A stretch of DNA of 64,000 nt, taken from positions 1,487-65,486 of the forward strand of contig DATIXO010000342.1 in the NCBI GenBank assembly GCA_035518495.1, read 5' to 3'. This DNA comes from Streptosporangiaceae bacterium (lineage in GTDB: Bacteria > Actinomycetota > Actinomycetes > Streptosporangiales > Streptosporangiaceae). This document shows, in pieces, positions 13,046 through 22,816 of this stretch; position 1 is the first letter of the stretch, and each line of letters opens with the position of its first letter. Made by a program: the position numbers and the translations under genes. A model generated the notes under the pieces. That model was given only the letters and a program-made list of their open reading frames with translations. It was not told the DNA's origin and searched no databases.

Positions 13046-14065
13046 CTAGGCACGGGTGCCGAAACGCCCTAAATGTGGCAGGACTGGCGGGCCGCCGGGC
13101 CGGCCCGGCCCGGCCGGCGTTCCTGCTGGCGGGACCACCCCCGCCTGCGGGCCGGAGGCCAGGCGCCGCGGGCCGCCCGCCGGGCCGGGCGCGGCAGCCG
13201 GGCGGCCTGGGCCAACGGGGCTGGCTGGGCCAGCCGGGCCGACCGGGCCAGCCGCGGCGGCGGCGGGCCGGGCGGGCTGCCAGCTGCGGGTCAGGTACAG
13301 GTAGCCGACCGCCCCGGCGAAGACCAGCGCCATCACCCACTGGTTGATCCGCAGCCCGAACAGGTGGTGCGCGGAGCCGACGGTCAGCGACTCCGCGCCG
13401 TACCTGCCCACCGCGAAGGCGGCCAGCCACACGGCGAAAGCGCGGTCCCCGGTGAGCGCGAACCGCCGCGCCGCCCAGATCACCAGCAGGCCGGTCAGCA
13501 CGTACCAGCCGCACTCGTATCCGAACGCGGGCTGGAACGTGGCGTAGTTCTCATATCCCGGGACGCGGTGCGCAGGGGCGATCACCACCGCCCAGGGCAG
13601 CGAGGACGGCCAGCCGTACAGTTGCTGCCCGAACCAGTTCCCCCAGCTCCCGAGCGCCAGGCCGAACGCCAGGCCGGGCGCGGCGGCGCCGGCCACCGGG
13701 GCCAGGGCGATGCCGGCCCGGCGGCAGGCGAACCAGGCCCCGGCCGACCCGGCGGCGAGCGCGCCCGGGAAGCCGAGCGTGCCGTCGGACACCGCGGCGA
13801 TCCCGAGCAGGTCGTGGCCGGACCCGAAGTACCGCCCGTAGTCGGTGGCCACGATATAAAGGCGGCCGCCCACCAGGCCGCACGGCACCGCCCAGGCCGC
13901 GATGTCGAGGATCACGCCCGGCTGGCCGCCTGCTCGCGTGTACCGGCGGCTGGCCACCCACACGCCCAGCACGATGCCTGCCGCCAGGCACAGGGCGTAG
14001 GCCCGCACCGGGAGCGGCCCCAGATGCCACACCGCCCGCGCCGGGCTGGGGAGGTAGGCCAGCAT
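13046..14065 (-). CDS. lgt: Prolipoprotein diacylglyceryl transferase homologue (divergent motifs; Pro/Ala/Gly-rich C-terminal tail)
   Basis: Multi-TM protein in the conserved slot after trpA. It has GGRLYIV, GSWGNWFGQQLYG (compare GRLGNFxNxELxG) and VGRYGAESL. The C-terminal ~90 aa are low complexity. Confidence 0.8.
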   Translation of the reverse strand: MLAYLPSPARAVWHLGPLPVRAYALCLAAGIVLGVWVASRRYTRAGGQPGVILDIAAWAVPCGLVGGRLYIVATDYGRYFGSGHDLLGIAAVSDGTLGFPGALAAGSAGAWFACRRAGIALAPVAGAAAPGLAFGLALGSWGNWFGQQLYGWPSSLPWAVVIAPAHRVPGYENYATFQPAFGYECGWYVLTGLLVIWAARRFALTGDRAFAVWLAAFAVGRYGAESLTVGSAHHLFGLRINQWVMALVFAGAVGYLYLTRSWQPARPAAAAAGPVGPAGPASPVGPGRPAAAPGPAGGPRRLASGPQAGVVPPAGTPAGPGRPGGPPVLPHLGRFGTRA

Positions 14066-14071
14066 GCCTGC

Positions 14072-14902
14072 TCAGGCTTTCTGCCGGGGCGGCCGCGTGG
14101 CCTGCGCGCCCGCCCGGACACCGGCCGCGAGCTCGCCGGCCAGCTCCCGTACGGCGCTGACACCGGCCGCCAGGCCGGGCGCCTCCAGCAGCCGCTGGAC
14201 GAACGCCGAGCCGACGATGACGCCGTCGGCGAAGCTGGCCACCTCGGCCGCCTGTGCGCCGTCCCGGACACCGAGGCCCACCCCGACCGGCAGTGGTGTG
14301 CACGCGCGCACCCGTGCCACCAGGCCGGCCGCGTCGCCGCTCACGGTGTCGCGGGCGCCGGTGATGCCCATCAGCGACGCCGCGTAGACGAACCCGCCGC
14401 ACATGCCCGTGATCAGCTCGATGCGCTCCGGTGTGGAACTGGGTGCCACCAGGAAGACCGGGTCCAGCCGGTGCGCCGCCGCCGCTGCCAGCCACGGGCC
14501 GGCCTCCTCTGGCGACAGGTCGGGGGTGATCATCCCGGACCCGCCCGCCGCCGCGAGGTCGCGGGCGAACGTGTCCACGCCGTAGTGGTCGACCGGGTTC
14601 CAGTAGGTCATGACGAGCGCCGGCACCCCGGCTGCCGCGACCGCCTCGACCGTGTGCAGCACGTCACGGACGTGGGTGCCGCCGGTGAGCGCGCGGTGCA
14701 CGGCCTGCTGGATGACCGGGCCGTCGATCAGCGGGTCGGAGTACGGCAGCCCGATCTCCAGGATGTCGGCGCCGGACTCGGCCATCGCCAGCGCCGCCGT
14801 TATCGCGCCCTCCACGGTGGGGAACCCGGCGGGCAGGTAGCCGATGAGGACCGCCCGGCCATCCGCCGCGGCCCGCTCGAAGGCGTCCCCGGCCATGCTC
14901 AC
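14072..14902 (-). CDS. trpA: Tryptophan synthase alpha chain
   Basis: Motifs [22 protein letters not shown] and [13 protein letters not shown]. An ATGA overlap links it to the trpB stop. Confidence 0.95.
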   Translation of the reverse strand: MSMAGDAFERAAADGRAVLIGYLPAGFPTVEGAITAALAMAESGADILEIGLPYSDPLIDGPVIQQAVHRALTGGTHVRDVLHTVEAVAAAGVPALVMTYWNPVDHYGVDTFARDLAAAGGSGMITPDLSPEEAGPWLAAAAAHRLDPVFLVAPSSTPERIELITGMCGGFVYAASLMGITGARDTVSGDAAGLVARVRACTPLPVGVGLGVRDGAQAAEVASFADGVIVGSAFVQRLLEAPGLAAGVSAVRELAGELAAGVRAGAQATRPPRQKA

Positions 14903-16158
14903 GGGGCGGCCTCCGGCTGGGTGGCCTCACCGGGCAGGTGGCCCAGCCACCGGGACGCGGTGGCCACATCCTTGTCCCCGCGCCCGGACAGGTTCACCAG
15001 CAGCAGCGCATCGGGGCCCAGCTCCGGCCCGGCCTGCAGCGCCCCGGCGAGCGCGTGCGCGGACTCCAGCGCCGGTATGATCCCCTCGGTCCGGCACAGC
15101 AGCGAGAACGCCTCCATCGCCTGGGTGTCGGTGATGGACCGGTAGCTCGCGCGGCCGGTGTCCTTGAGCCAGGCGTGTTCCGGGCCGACCCCCGGGTAGT
15201 CGAGGCCAGCCGAGATGGAGTGGGTGGCCAGCGTCTGGCCCTCGGCGTCCTGCAGCACGTAGGTGCGCATGCCGTGCAGCACGCCGGCCGAGCCGGCCAC
15301 CAGCGTGGCGGCGTGGCGGCCGGTGGCGATCCCGTCGCCGCCCGCCTCGCACCCGATGAGCCTCACCTGCGGGTCGCCGATGAACTCATGGAAGATGCCG
15401 ATCGCGTTGGACCCGCCGCCCACGCAGGCGACCACCGCGTCCGGCAGCCGGCCCGCGATCTGCTGCACCTGGCGGCGGGCCTCCACCCCGATGACCCGCT
15501 GGAAGTCCCTGACCATCATCGGGAACGGATGCGGCCCGCCCACCGACCCGATGCAGTAGTGGGTGGTGGCGACAGAGGCGACCCAGTCGCGGAACGCCTC
15601 GTTCATGGCGTCCTTCAGGGTGGCCGCGCCGATGCGCACGGGGATGACCTCGGCGCCGAGCATGCGCATCCGGGCCACGTTCAGCGCCTGGCGCCGGGTG
15701 TCCTCCTCCCCCATGTACACCACGCAGTCGAGGCCGAAGAGCGCGCAGGCCGTCGCGGTGGCGACGCCGTGCTGCCCGGCGCCGGTCTCGGCGATGATCC
15801 GCCGCTTGCCCATCCGCCTGGCGAGCAGCACCTGGCCAAGGACGTTGTTGATCTTGTGGGAGCCGGTGTGGGCGAGGTCCTCCCGCTTGAGCAGGACCGT
15901 GCAGCCCGCGTGCTCGGAGAACCGGTGCGCCTGCGAGAGCAGGGTCGGCCTGCCCGCGTAGCCGCGGAGCAGGTCATCGAGCTCGGCGGTGAACCGTGGG
16001 TCGGCCTTGGCCGCCAGGTACTGCTCGGTCAGCTCGGCCAGGGCCGCCATGAGCGCCTCGGGCGCGAACCGGCCGCCATAGATGCCGAAGTGGCCGCCCG
16101 CGTCGGGCAGCGGCACGGGCCCGGCCGGCGCCGCCGCGACGGAGGTGTCCGGGCTCAT
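14899..16158 (-). CDS. trpB: Tryptophan synthase beta chain
   Basis: Motifs [16 protein letters not shown] and GGGSNAIG. It overlaps trpC and trpA by 4 nt each. Confidence 0.96.
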   Translation of the reverse strand: MSPDTSVAAAPAGPVPLPDAGGHFGIYGGRFAPEALMAALAELTEQYLAAKADPRFTAELDDLLRGYAGRPTLLSQAHRFSEHAGCTVLLKREDLAHTGSHKINNVLGQVLLARRMGKRRIIAETGAGQHGVATATACALFGLDCVVYMGEEDTRRQALNVARMRMLGAEVIPVRIGAATLKDAMNEAFRDWVASVATTHYCIGSVGGPHPFPMMVRDFQRVIGVEARRQVQQIAGRLPDAVVACVGGGSNAIGIFHEFIGDPQVRLIGCEAGGDGIATGRHAATLVAGSAGVLHGMRTYVLQDAEGQTLATHSISAGLDYPGVGPEHAWLKDTGRASYRSITDTQAMEAFSLLCRTEGIIPALESAHALAGALQAGPELGPDALLLVNLSGRGDKDVATASRWLGHLPGEATQPEAAP

Positions 16159-16964
16159 GGGCGGTCGCCGCGCAGCGCGGGATGGGAACCCGCGGTCACC
16201 AGGTCGGCGACGGCCGAGCGCGGGTCCTTCCCGGTGACCAGGCTCTCCCCGACCAGCACCGCGTCCGCCCCGGCCGCGGCGTAGGCGAGCAGATCACGCG
16301 GGCCGCGCACGCCGGACTCGGCGATCTTGATGACGTCGGGGGGCATGAGCGGGGCGAGCCGCCCGAAGATCCCCCGGTCGATCTCGAGTGTGCCCAGGTC
16401 GCGGGCGTTGACGCCGATCACCTTCGCCCCGGCCTCGAGCGCCCGGGTGACCTCGGCCTCGCTGTGCGCCTCGACCAGCGGCACCAGCCCGATCGACAGT
16501 GCCCGCTCAGCCAGCGAGACCAGCGCGTTCTGGTCCAGCGCCGCCGCGATCAGCAGCACCATGTCGGCCCCGTGGGCACGCGCCTCCCACAGCTGGTAGG
16601 AGCTGATCACGAAGTCCTTGCGCAGCAGCGGCACCGACACCGCGCTCCTGACCGCTGCCAGGTCCTCCAGGCTGCCGCCGAAGCGCCGCGGCTCGGTGAG
16701 CACGCTGATGATGGCGGCACCGCCCGCCTGGTAGTCGCGTGCGAGCGCGGCCGGGTCGTCGATGGCCGCCAGCTCGCCCCGGGACGGGCTGGAGCGCTTC
16801 ACCTCGGCGATGATGGCCACGTCCGGCCGCCTGAGCGGCCCCATCACATCGCGCGGCGGGGCGGCTCCCTTGGCGGCCTCCTTGAGCCGGTCCAGCGGTG
16901 TATGGTCCTGCCGGACGGCGAGATCGGCACGAACGCCTTCTAGGATCTCGTCGAGCACGCTCAC
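16155..16964 (-). CDS. trpC: Indole-3-glycerol phosphate synthase
   Basis: [13 protein letters not shown]..., [19 protein letters not shown]. The start was trimmed to GTG at 16964, with GGAG ~13 nt upstream. The longer ORF-track start adds a non-homologous Arg-rich extension. Confidence 0.92.
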   Translation of the reverse strand: MSVLDEILEGVRADLAVRQDHTPLDRLKEAAKGAAPPRDVMGPLRRPDVAIIAEVKRSSPSRGELAAIDDPAALARDYQAGGAAIISVLTEPRRFGGSLEDLAAVRSAVSVPLLRKDFVISSYQLWEARAHGADMVLLIAAALDQNALVSLAERALSIGLVPLVEAHSEAEVTRALEAGAKVIGVNARDLGTLEIDRGIFGRLAPLMPPDVIKIAESGVRGPRDLLAYAAAGADAVLVGESLVTGKDPRSAVADLVTAGSHPALRGDRP

Positions 16965-17246
16965 GCGGTTTCGTAATCTCCTCGGTCGGGTTCCATGCGC
17001 CCTGATGGTAGCGAGCCGGCTGCGGTGGGCCGGCAGCCGCCTCCCCGGCTGGCAGGCCTGTCCCATCGGCATGGGATCAGCCCACGTCGGGCCCGCCCGG
17101 CGGAGCTGGCTCCGCCCCGGGCATATCCGGAGGCCCCCCCGCCTGACATGACGTCCCTATTTTAGTCCGGCCGGTCTTGCGGCGGGCAGCTTCACTTTGC
17201 CGGGCCGGCCGGCCCGTCTCCGCAGCCGTGTGACGGCCGCCGGCCA

Positions 17247-17717
17247 CTAACCCAGGATCTGGCCGCCGTAGGCGTCCCCGGCTGCGTCAGTAACGCCGAG
17301 CTCGGCCGGCGGCTCCTGCGGTGCGCGCAGCGGCTTCACGGCGTAGGCCCGCGCGACAGCCGGATGGGCCAGGGTGCCAGCGGTGATGATGGCGAACAGG
17401 GTCCCGCCCACATAGCGCTCGGTGAAGAACCGGGACAGGCCGAAGGCGATGAAGGCCACCTCGAAGCCGACCGCTATCAGCCACGCCGTCTTGGTGCTCG
17501 AGCGGACGATGACGGCCAGCACGCACAGCGCCGCCACCATGGCGAGGGTGATGAGGACCGAGGAAAGCTGCCGCTTGCTGAACGGCAGGCCGACCGCGGC
17601 GGCGGCGACCGCCTGCGCGACCACCAGCCGCGTGACGAGGCGTACCAGTACCCGCCCCTGCTCCTGCGGTGCCGGGCCGGGCGGGCGGCGGCCACCCTGC
17701 GTTCCCGCTGCCTTCAC
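17247..17717 (-). CDS. Small integral membrane protein of the trp region (function unknown)
   Basis: 156 aa with 3-4 predicted hydrophobic helices (VVAQAVAAAAVGLPF, VLITLAMVAALCVLAVIV, WLIAVGFEVAFIAFGL, LFAIITAGTLA). It lies between the Trp-associated membrane protein and trpC. The start is uncertain. Confidence 0.55.
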   Translation of the reverse strand: MKAAGTQGGRRPPGPAPQEQGRVLVRLVTRLVVAQAVAAAAVGLPFSKRQLSSVLITLAMVAALCVLAVIVRSSTKTAWLIAVGFEVAFIAFGLSRFFTERYVGGTLFAIITAGTLAHPAVARAYAVKPLRAPQEPPAELGVTDAAGDAYGGQILG

Positions 17718-17767
17718 CGCCCACCTCCAGGCTCGCGCGCCAGCCAGGCAACTGCCGCCGACCGTAC

Positions 17768-18499
17768 CTATGAGCCTAACGGCCGGCCGGCCTGGTCAGG
17801 CTGCTCGGTAGGATCCACGCCCCTGCTCAGAGACTCCCACAGGGCCGCTGTGTCCGCCACCGGCGGCGGCGGATCGCCACCGCCGGTGCGGCTGTACCTG
17901 CTGGACAGGGCCGGCCACCGGGGGCCACGCCAGGCCACCACGATCCCGGCCGTCAGCACCGCCAGCCCGCCCACGACGGCCAGCGGCCGCCACGGGAAGG
18001 CCACCAGCACGACATGGACGGCGCCCACCCCGGGCGGGCTCGCGCCGCTAACGGCGCCGGCCCCGGTGCCCGTCCCGCCGCCCGCGGTCGCCGATCCGGC
18101 CTGGGAGACCGGGGTCGCGCGCGCCGCGGCGAGCACGCCGGCGGTGCTCACGTGGGCGCTCACCAGCAGGACAGTGAGCGCCCCGGACACCGCGAGGAAC
18201 ACCCCCACCAGCCGCCGGGCCAGGCCGCGGGTGGCGATGACCGCCGCCAGGCCGGCCAGCGAGGCCAGCGCCAGCGCCCCCGCCACCGGCACCAGGTCCT
18301 GCCCGCTGACCGGCACCGTGGCGCTGGGCAGCGGGGCCGGGGCGGCGGTGACCACCCGCGCCCACCCCTGCCGGACCGACACCAGCACCAGCAGGGCGCC
18401 GGCCGCCGCCGTGGCGAGCACGAGCGCGTACTCCCGCGGCCGGCCCCGGGCCACGGTGCCGCCGGCCAGCGGGCCGCCGGACAGCGGGCGCCCGGTCAC
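17768..18499 (-). CDS. Trp-biosynthesis-associated membrane protein (TIGR02234-like)
   Basis: Multi-TM, Ala/Gly/Val-rich protein in the slot that follows trpE in other actinobacteria. The start was set to the GTG that overlaps the hisI TGA (GTGA at 18496-18499). Confidence 0.6.
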   Translation of the reverse strand: MTGRPLSGGPLAGGTVARGRPREYALVLATAAAGALLVLVSVRQGWARVVTAAPAPLPSATVPVSGQDLVPVAGALALASLAGLAAVIATRGLARRLVGVFLAVSGALTVLLVSAHVSTAGVLAAARATPVSQAGSATAGGGTGTGAGAVSGASPPGVGAVHVVLVAFPWRPLAVVGGLAVLTAGIVVAWRGPRWPALSSRYSRTGGGDPPPPVADTAALWESLSRGVDPTEQPDQAGRPLGS

Positions 18500-18864
18500 G
18501 GGACGCTCAGGGCGAGCAGGCCGGCGGCGAAACAGGTCCGGTCGCCGGTGTGGCAGGCGCCGCCGGACTGGTCCACCTGCACCAGCACCGCGTCCCCGTC
18601 GCAGTCGAGCGCCACCGAGACCACCCGCTGCACATGACCCGAGGTGTCCCCCTTTACCCAGTACTCCTGCCGGCTGCGGGACCAGTAGGTGCACCGCCCG
18701 GTGGTCAGCGTGCGGTGCAGCGCCTCATCGTCCATCCAGCCCAGCATCAGCACCTCGCCGGTGTCGTGCTGCTGGGCGATGGCCGCGACCAGCCCGGCGG
18801 GGTCGCGCTTGAGCCGGGCCGCGATCTCGGGATCGAGCTGCGAAGGCCGCGCTGGCTGGCTCAT
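18496..18864 (-). CDS. hisI: Phosphoribosyl-AMP cyclohydrolase
   Basis: [68 protein letters not shown]...[12 protein letters not shown]. The start was chosen at ATG 18864; ATG at 18876 or 18912 is also possible. Confidence 0.9.
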   Translation of the reverse strand: MSQPARPSQLDPEIAARLKRDPAGLVAAIAQQHDTGEVLMLGWMDDEALHRTLTTGRCTYWSRSRQEYWVKGDTSGHVQRVVSVALDCDGDAVLVQVDQSGGACHTGDRTCFAAGLLALSVP

Positions 18865-18989
18865 CGCGGGGTCCATCCGGTTCGCATGCCCCAATCCTAC
18901 GGAGCCGTCCACTGGCCGCTCGCCGTAGCGGGCGAACGGCAGTTGGCTGAAGCAGATCAGGGCGGCTGACGGATCGGTTACCGGCCGGG

Positions 18990-19670
18990 GTGAGCGGCAG
19001 GGCGTACCATCGCGGGGTGAGCTTCGCCCGCGATGAGCGTGCCGCCCTGTGCGCGCTGCTGGATGAGACCGGCCCCCGGGCGCCCACCTTGTGTGCGGGC
19101 TGGCAGACCCTGGACCTGGCCGCTCACCTGGTGCTCCGGGAACGCAGGCCCGACGCGGCGATGGGCATCATGGGCGGCCCGCTGGCCGGCCACACCGAAC
19201 GGGTGCGGCGCACGCTCGTCGCCCGCACCCCCTACCGGCAGCTGGTGGAGGAGATCCGCAACGGCCCGCCCGCCCTGTCGGTCTTCAGCATCCCCGGCAT
19301 GGACGAGCGCCTCAACGCGGTGGAGTTCTTCGTCCATCACGAGGACGTCCGGCGCGGTGGGGACGGCTGGGAGCCACGTGACATCGGCGCGGGCCTGGCC
19401 GAACTGCTGTGGCAGCGGCTGCGGGGCGCCAGGTACATCTTCCGCAAGGCGCCGGTCGGGATCGAGCTGGTGCGCGACGACCTGCCGGCCGGTCCCGGCC
19501 GCCAGCGCGTACGGATCACCGCGAAGGCACGCGCGCCGATGGTCACCGTCACCGGCGCCCCGGCGGAGCTGACCCTGTGGGCAATGGGCCGGACGACGGC
19601 CGCCCGGGTCCGGCTCGACGGCAGTGAGCCTGACGTGCGCAAGCTGGCGCACGCCACCTGGCGCGTCTGA
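18990..19670 (+). CDS. DinB/MDMPI-N-domain protein (TIGR03085-like, mycothiol-dependent-enzyme fold)
   Basis: Motifs [15 protein letters not shown] and [15 protein letters not shown] family size of ~220 aa fits. An alternative GTG start is at 19017. Confidence 0.6.
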   Translation: MSGRAYHRGVSFARDERAALCALLDETGPRAPTLCAGWQTLDLAAHLVLRERRPDAAMGIMGGPLAGHTERVRRTLVARTPYRQLVEEIRNGPPALSVFSIPGMDERLNAVEFFVHHEDVRRGGDGWEPRDIGAGLAELLWQRLRGARYIFRKAPVGIELVRDDLPAGPGRQRVRITAKARAPMVTVTGAPAELTLWAMGRTTAARVRLDGSEPDVRKLAHATWRV

Positions 19671-19895
19671 CCGCCCGCGCGGGCGTTGGCCGCGGCGCCA
19701 TCTGGTTGACCGCTACCGGTGAGGCCTGTGTCATCAAGCGTTCCCAGAGCTGACCGGAATGCTTCACGAGCACGCCCGTTGCCGATCAGGCACTAGTCAC
19801 GTATCGGACATCCCGGCTCGTCACGATGCACGCGTCAACTGCCCCGGGGTGCCGCCAGGCGGCCCGGTGGTCTTCGGTTCGGAGGGGATAAGCAC

Positions 19896-21032
19896 GTGCC
19901 CACAAGAAAACTGTTCATCGCCGCGGCCGCGGTCAGCGGCGTGGTGCTCGCAGCCGGCTGCAGCAGCTCGTCCTCGAGCGGGTCGGGCGGCGGAACCGCA
20001 GTCAACGCCGCCAAGGCCACCTCGGTGGCCGCCTTCGGCGGCATGAACGGCCTGGTCGCCGCCTGCAAGAAGGAGGGGACGCTCAACGTCATCACCCTCC
20101 CGGCGAACTGGGCCAACTACGGCACGATCATGAAGGATTTCACCGCCAAGTACGGCATCAAGATCAACGACGCCAACCCGGACGGCTCAAGCCAGGACGA
20201 GATCAACGCGATGGAGCAGCTCAAGGGCCAGAGCCGGGCGCCGGACGTGCTGGACATGGGCACCTCCTTCGCGATCAAGGCCGACCAGTCGGGCCTGCTC
20301 GCCCCCTACAAGGTGGCGACGTGGTCCGCCATCCCGGCGAACTCCAGGGCGTCCGACGCCAGCTGGTATGACGACTACGGCGGCTACGTGGCGATCGGCT
20401 ACGACTCCTCCAAGGTCAAGGTCCCGCCGACCTCGTTCGCGGACCTGCTGAAGCCCATCTACAAGAACCAGGTCGCCATCAACGGCAACCCGACCCAGGC
20501 CAGCGCCGCCTTCTCCGCCGTCTACGCGTCCGCGCTGGCGAACGGCGGCTCGCTGTCCAACATCGAGCCGGGCATCCAGTTCTTCAAGAAGCTGCACCAG
20601 GCCGGCAACTTCGTGCCGGTCACGGCCGGCCCGACGACCGTGCAGAGCGGCCAGACCCCGATCGTGATCTGGTGGGACTACCTGCTCGCCTCCGAGATCT
20701 CGAGCGCGGTCCCCACCTTCAAGATCGTGATCCCGACCGACGCGCACTATGCGGCCTACTACAGCCAGGCGATCAGCAAGACCGCCCCCAACCCGGCCTG
20801 CGCCAGGCTCTGGGAGGAATACCTGTACTCGACCACCGGCCAGAACCTGTGGCTGCAGGGCAAGGCACGGCCGATCGAGCTGCAGACGCTCATCAAGGAC
20901 GGCACGGTCGACCAGGCGGCCAATGCGGCGCTGCCAGCGGCCCCGGCGGGCGGGCTCAGCTTCCCGACCCAGGCGCAGGAGTCCGCCGCAGAGGCCACGG
21001 TCGCCCAGCAGTGGTCGAGCGTGATCGGCTAG
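19896..21032 (+). CDS. ABC transporter substrate-binding lipoprotein (Fe3+/polyamine/2-aminoethylphosphonate family)
   Basis: Signal peptide plus lipobox VVLAAGC followed by a Ser-rich linker. GGAGGGG lies upstream of the GTG. It is the first gene of a 4-gene importer operon. G+C is lower than in the flanks. Confidence 0.8.
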   Translation: MPTRKLFIAAAAVSGVVLAAGCSSSSSSGSGGGTAVNAAKATSVAAFGGMNGLVAACKKEGTLNVITLPANWANYGTIMKDFTAKYGIKINDANPDGSSQDEINAMEQLKGQSRAPDVLDMGTSFAIKADQSGLLAPYKVATWSAIPANSRASDASWYDDYGGYVAIGYDSSKVKVPPTSFADLLKPIYKNQVAINGNPTQASAAFSAVYASALANGGSLSNIEPGIQFFKKLHQAGNFVPVTAGPTTVQSGQTPIVIWWDYLLASEISSAVPTFKIVIPTDAHYAAYYSQAISKTAPNPACARLWEEYLYSTTGQNLWLQGKARPIELQTLIKDGTVDQAANAALPAAPAGGLSFPTQAQESAAEATVAQQWSSVIG

Positions 21033-21036
21033 CCGG

Positions 21037-21969
21037 GTGACAGCGAAAGCCGCTCCGGCGGCGGCCCCGGGGTCCACCTCGGATCCCGGGGCCGGGCCGC
21101 GGCGGGGCTTGCCACCTGCGCTGCGCCGGGCCTGGACCCTGGCCGGGGTCGTCCCGTTCTTCCTCTACATCCTGCTCTTCCTGGGCATCCCCGCGGCCGC
21201 GATCGCGTACGGCGCCTTCCAGGACCCTGCCACGGGCCAGTTCACCCTCAGCAACATCCAGACCGCGGCCCACGGCATCTACCTGCACGGCTTCCTCATC
21301 ACGACAGAGCTGTCGGTGATCACCGCGGTGGTGCCGGGCGTCCTCGGGCTCTTCATCGGCTATGCGATCTACACCGCCCGCCGCGGCGCGCTGCTGCGGC
21401 GGATCGCCATCACGGCCTCGGGGGTCTTCGCCAACTTCGGCGGGGTCCCGCTGGCGTTCCTGTTCATCGCCACGCTGGGCACGACCGGCATCGCCACCCG
21501 CTGGCTCACCGACATCGGCTTCAATCCCTACACCAACGGATTCAACCTTTACGACCTCGGCGGTGTGGCGCTGGTCTACCTGTACTTCCAGATCCCGCTG
21601 ATGGTGCTGATCATCCTGCCGGCGTTCGAGGGGCTGCGGCCAGCCTGGCGCGAGGCCGCGGAAAACATGGGCGCGGGAACGTGGCAGTACTGGCGGCGCA
21701 TCGGCGGGCCGGTGCTGATGCCGTCGTTCCTCGGGTGCCTGCTGCTGCTGTTCGGCAGCGCGTTCTCCGCCTACGCCACGGCAGAGGCACTGACCAGCGG
21801 GACCATCCCGCTGACGGCCATCCAGATCGGGTCCTTCCTCAACGGCAATGTGCTGGCCGGCCAGCAGAACGTCGGCAAGGCGCTTGGCCTGGGCATGGTG
21901 CTCATCATCGCGGTCCTCATGGTGTTCTACGCCCTGCTGCAGCGGCGGGCGGCGCGATGGCTGCAATAA
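21037..21969 (+). CDS. ABC transporter permease (first of two)
   Basis: Six hydrophobic segments and a binding-protein-dependent transport-system inner-membrane signature region (EAAENMGAGTWQYWRRIGGPVL). Confidence 0.85.
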   Translation: MTAKAAPAAAPGSTSDPGAGPRRGLPPALRRAWTLAGVVPFFLYILLFLGIPAAAIAYGAFQDPATGQFTLSNIQTAAHGIYLHGFLITTELSVITAVVPGVLGLFIGYAIYTARRGALLRRIAITASGVFANFGGVPLAFLFIATLGTTGIATRWLTDIGFNPYTNGFNLYDLGGVALVYLYFQIPLMVLIILPAFEGLRPAWREAAENMGAGTWQYWRRIGGPVLMPSFLGCLLLLFGSAFSAYATAEALTSGTIPLTAIQIGSFLNGNVLAGQQNVGKALGLGMVLIIAVLMVFYALLQRRAARWLQ

Positions 21970-22802
21970 TCAGCGACGAGCTGGCCGACGAGGCGGCTCC
22001 CCCGCGCCCCCACCGCAAGCGGCGGTCCTACCCGGTCTGGCGCTGGATCATCCTGGCGCTCACCTGCGTCTACTTCCTGATCCCGCTCTACGCCGCGCTG
22101 CGCTTCGCGGGCTTCGCCAGCTTCGGCCAGGTGGTGCACCAGACCGGTTTCTCCGATGCCCTGATCCTGTCGCTGAAGCTCGCGGTCATCACCACGACGG
22201 CGACCATGGCCCTCATGGTGCCGACGACGATCTACGTGCACCTGCGGCTGCCGGGGCTGCGCCGCCTGCTCGAATCCATCACCATCCTGCCGATCGTCAT
22301 CCCGCCGGTCGTGCTCATCGTCGGCGTGCTGCAGGTGGCCCCGGGCTACCTCAAGAGCACCCCCTACCTGCTGGGCCTGGTGTACGTGATCCTGGCGATG
22401 CCGTTCGCCTACCGGTCGCTCGACGCCGGGCTGCGGGCCCTGGAGCTGCGCACCCTGGTCGACGCGGCCAGCTCGCTCGGCGCTGGGTGGCTGTCCACGC
22501 TGTGGCGGGTGATCCTGCCGAACCTGCGCACGGCCCTGCTGTCGGCCACGGTCCTCACGGTCGCGCTCGTGCTCGGCGAGTTCACCATGGCCAGCCTCGA
22601 CCTCTACCAGACGTTCCCGGTGTGGATCGTCGCCTTCGACCAGACCAGCGGCCCGGTCTCGACCGCCGCGTCGCTGCTGGCGCTGTTTGTGACCTGGCTC
22701 TTCCTGCTGCTGATCGTCACGGTCGGCAGCAGGCGCGCGCGCCGTACCGGCGGCGCCCAGGTCGACCTGATTTCCGTCACCCGGCGGGACACCGTTCGGT
22801 AA
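21957..22802 (+). CDS. ABC transporter permease (second of two)
   Basis: Start ATG at 21957 (MAAIISDE...) overlaps the upstream permease by 13 nt. EAA-like loop: DAASSLGAGWLSTLWRVILPNL. Confidence 0.85.
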   Translation: MAAIISDELADEAAPPRPHRKRRSYPVWRWIILALTCVYFLIPLYAALRFAGFASFGQVVHQTGFSDALILSLKLAVITTTATMALMVPTTIYVHLRLPGLRRLLESITILPIVIPPVVLIVGVLQVAPGYLKSTPYLLGLVYVILAMPFAYRSLDAGLRALELRTLVDAASSLGAGWLSTLWRVILPNLRTALLSATVLTVALVLGEFTMASLDLYQTFPVWIVAFDQTSGPVSTAASLLALFVTWLFLLLIVTVGSRRARRTGGAQVDLISVTRRDTVR

Positions 22803-22816
22803 GGCATGGGGGAACC

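Noticed and set aside
13031-13057. 8-bp inverted repeat (acccgtgc...gcacgggt) spanning the lgt stop codon, considered as a terminator before gltB.
   Set aside because: The stem is short, the loop is 11 nt, there is no U-tract, and it overlaps coding sequence. The evidence is insufficient.
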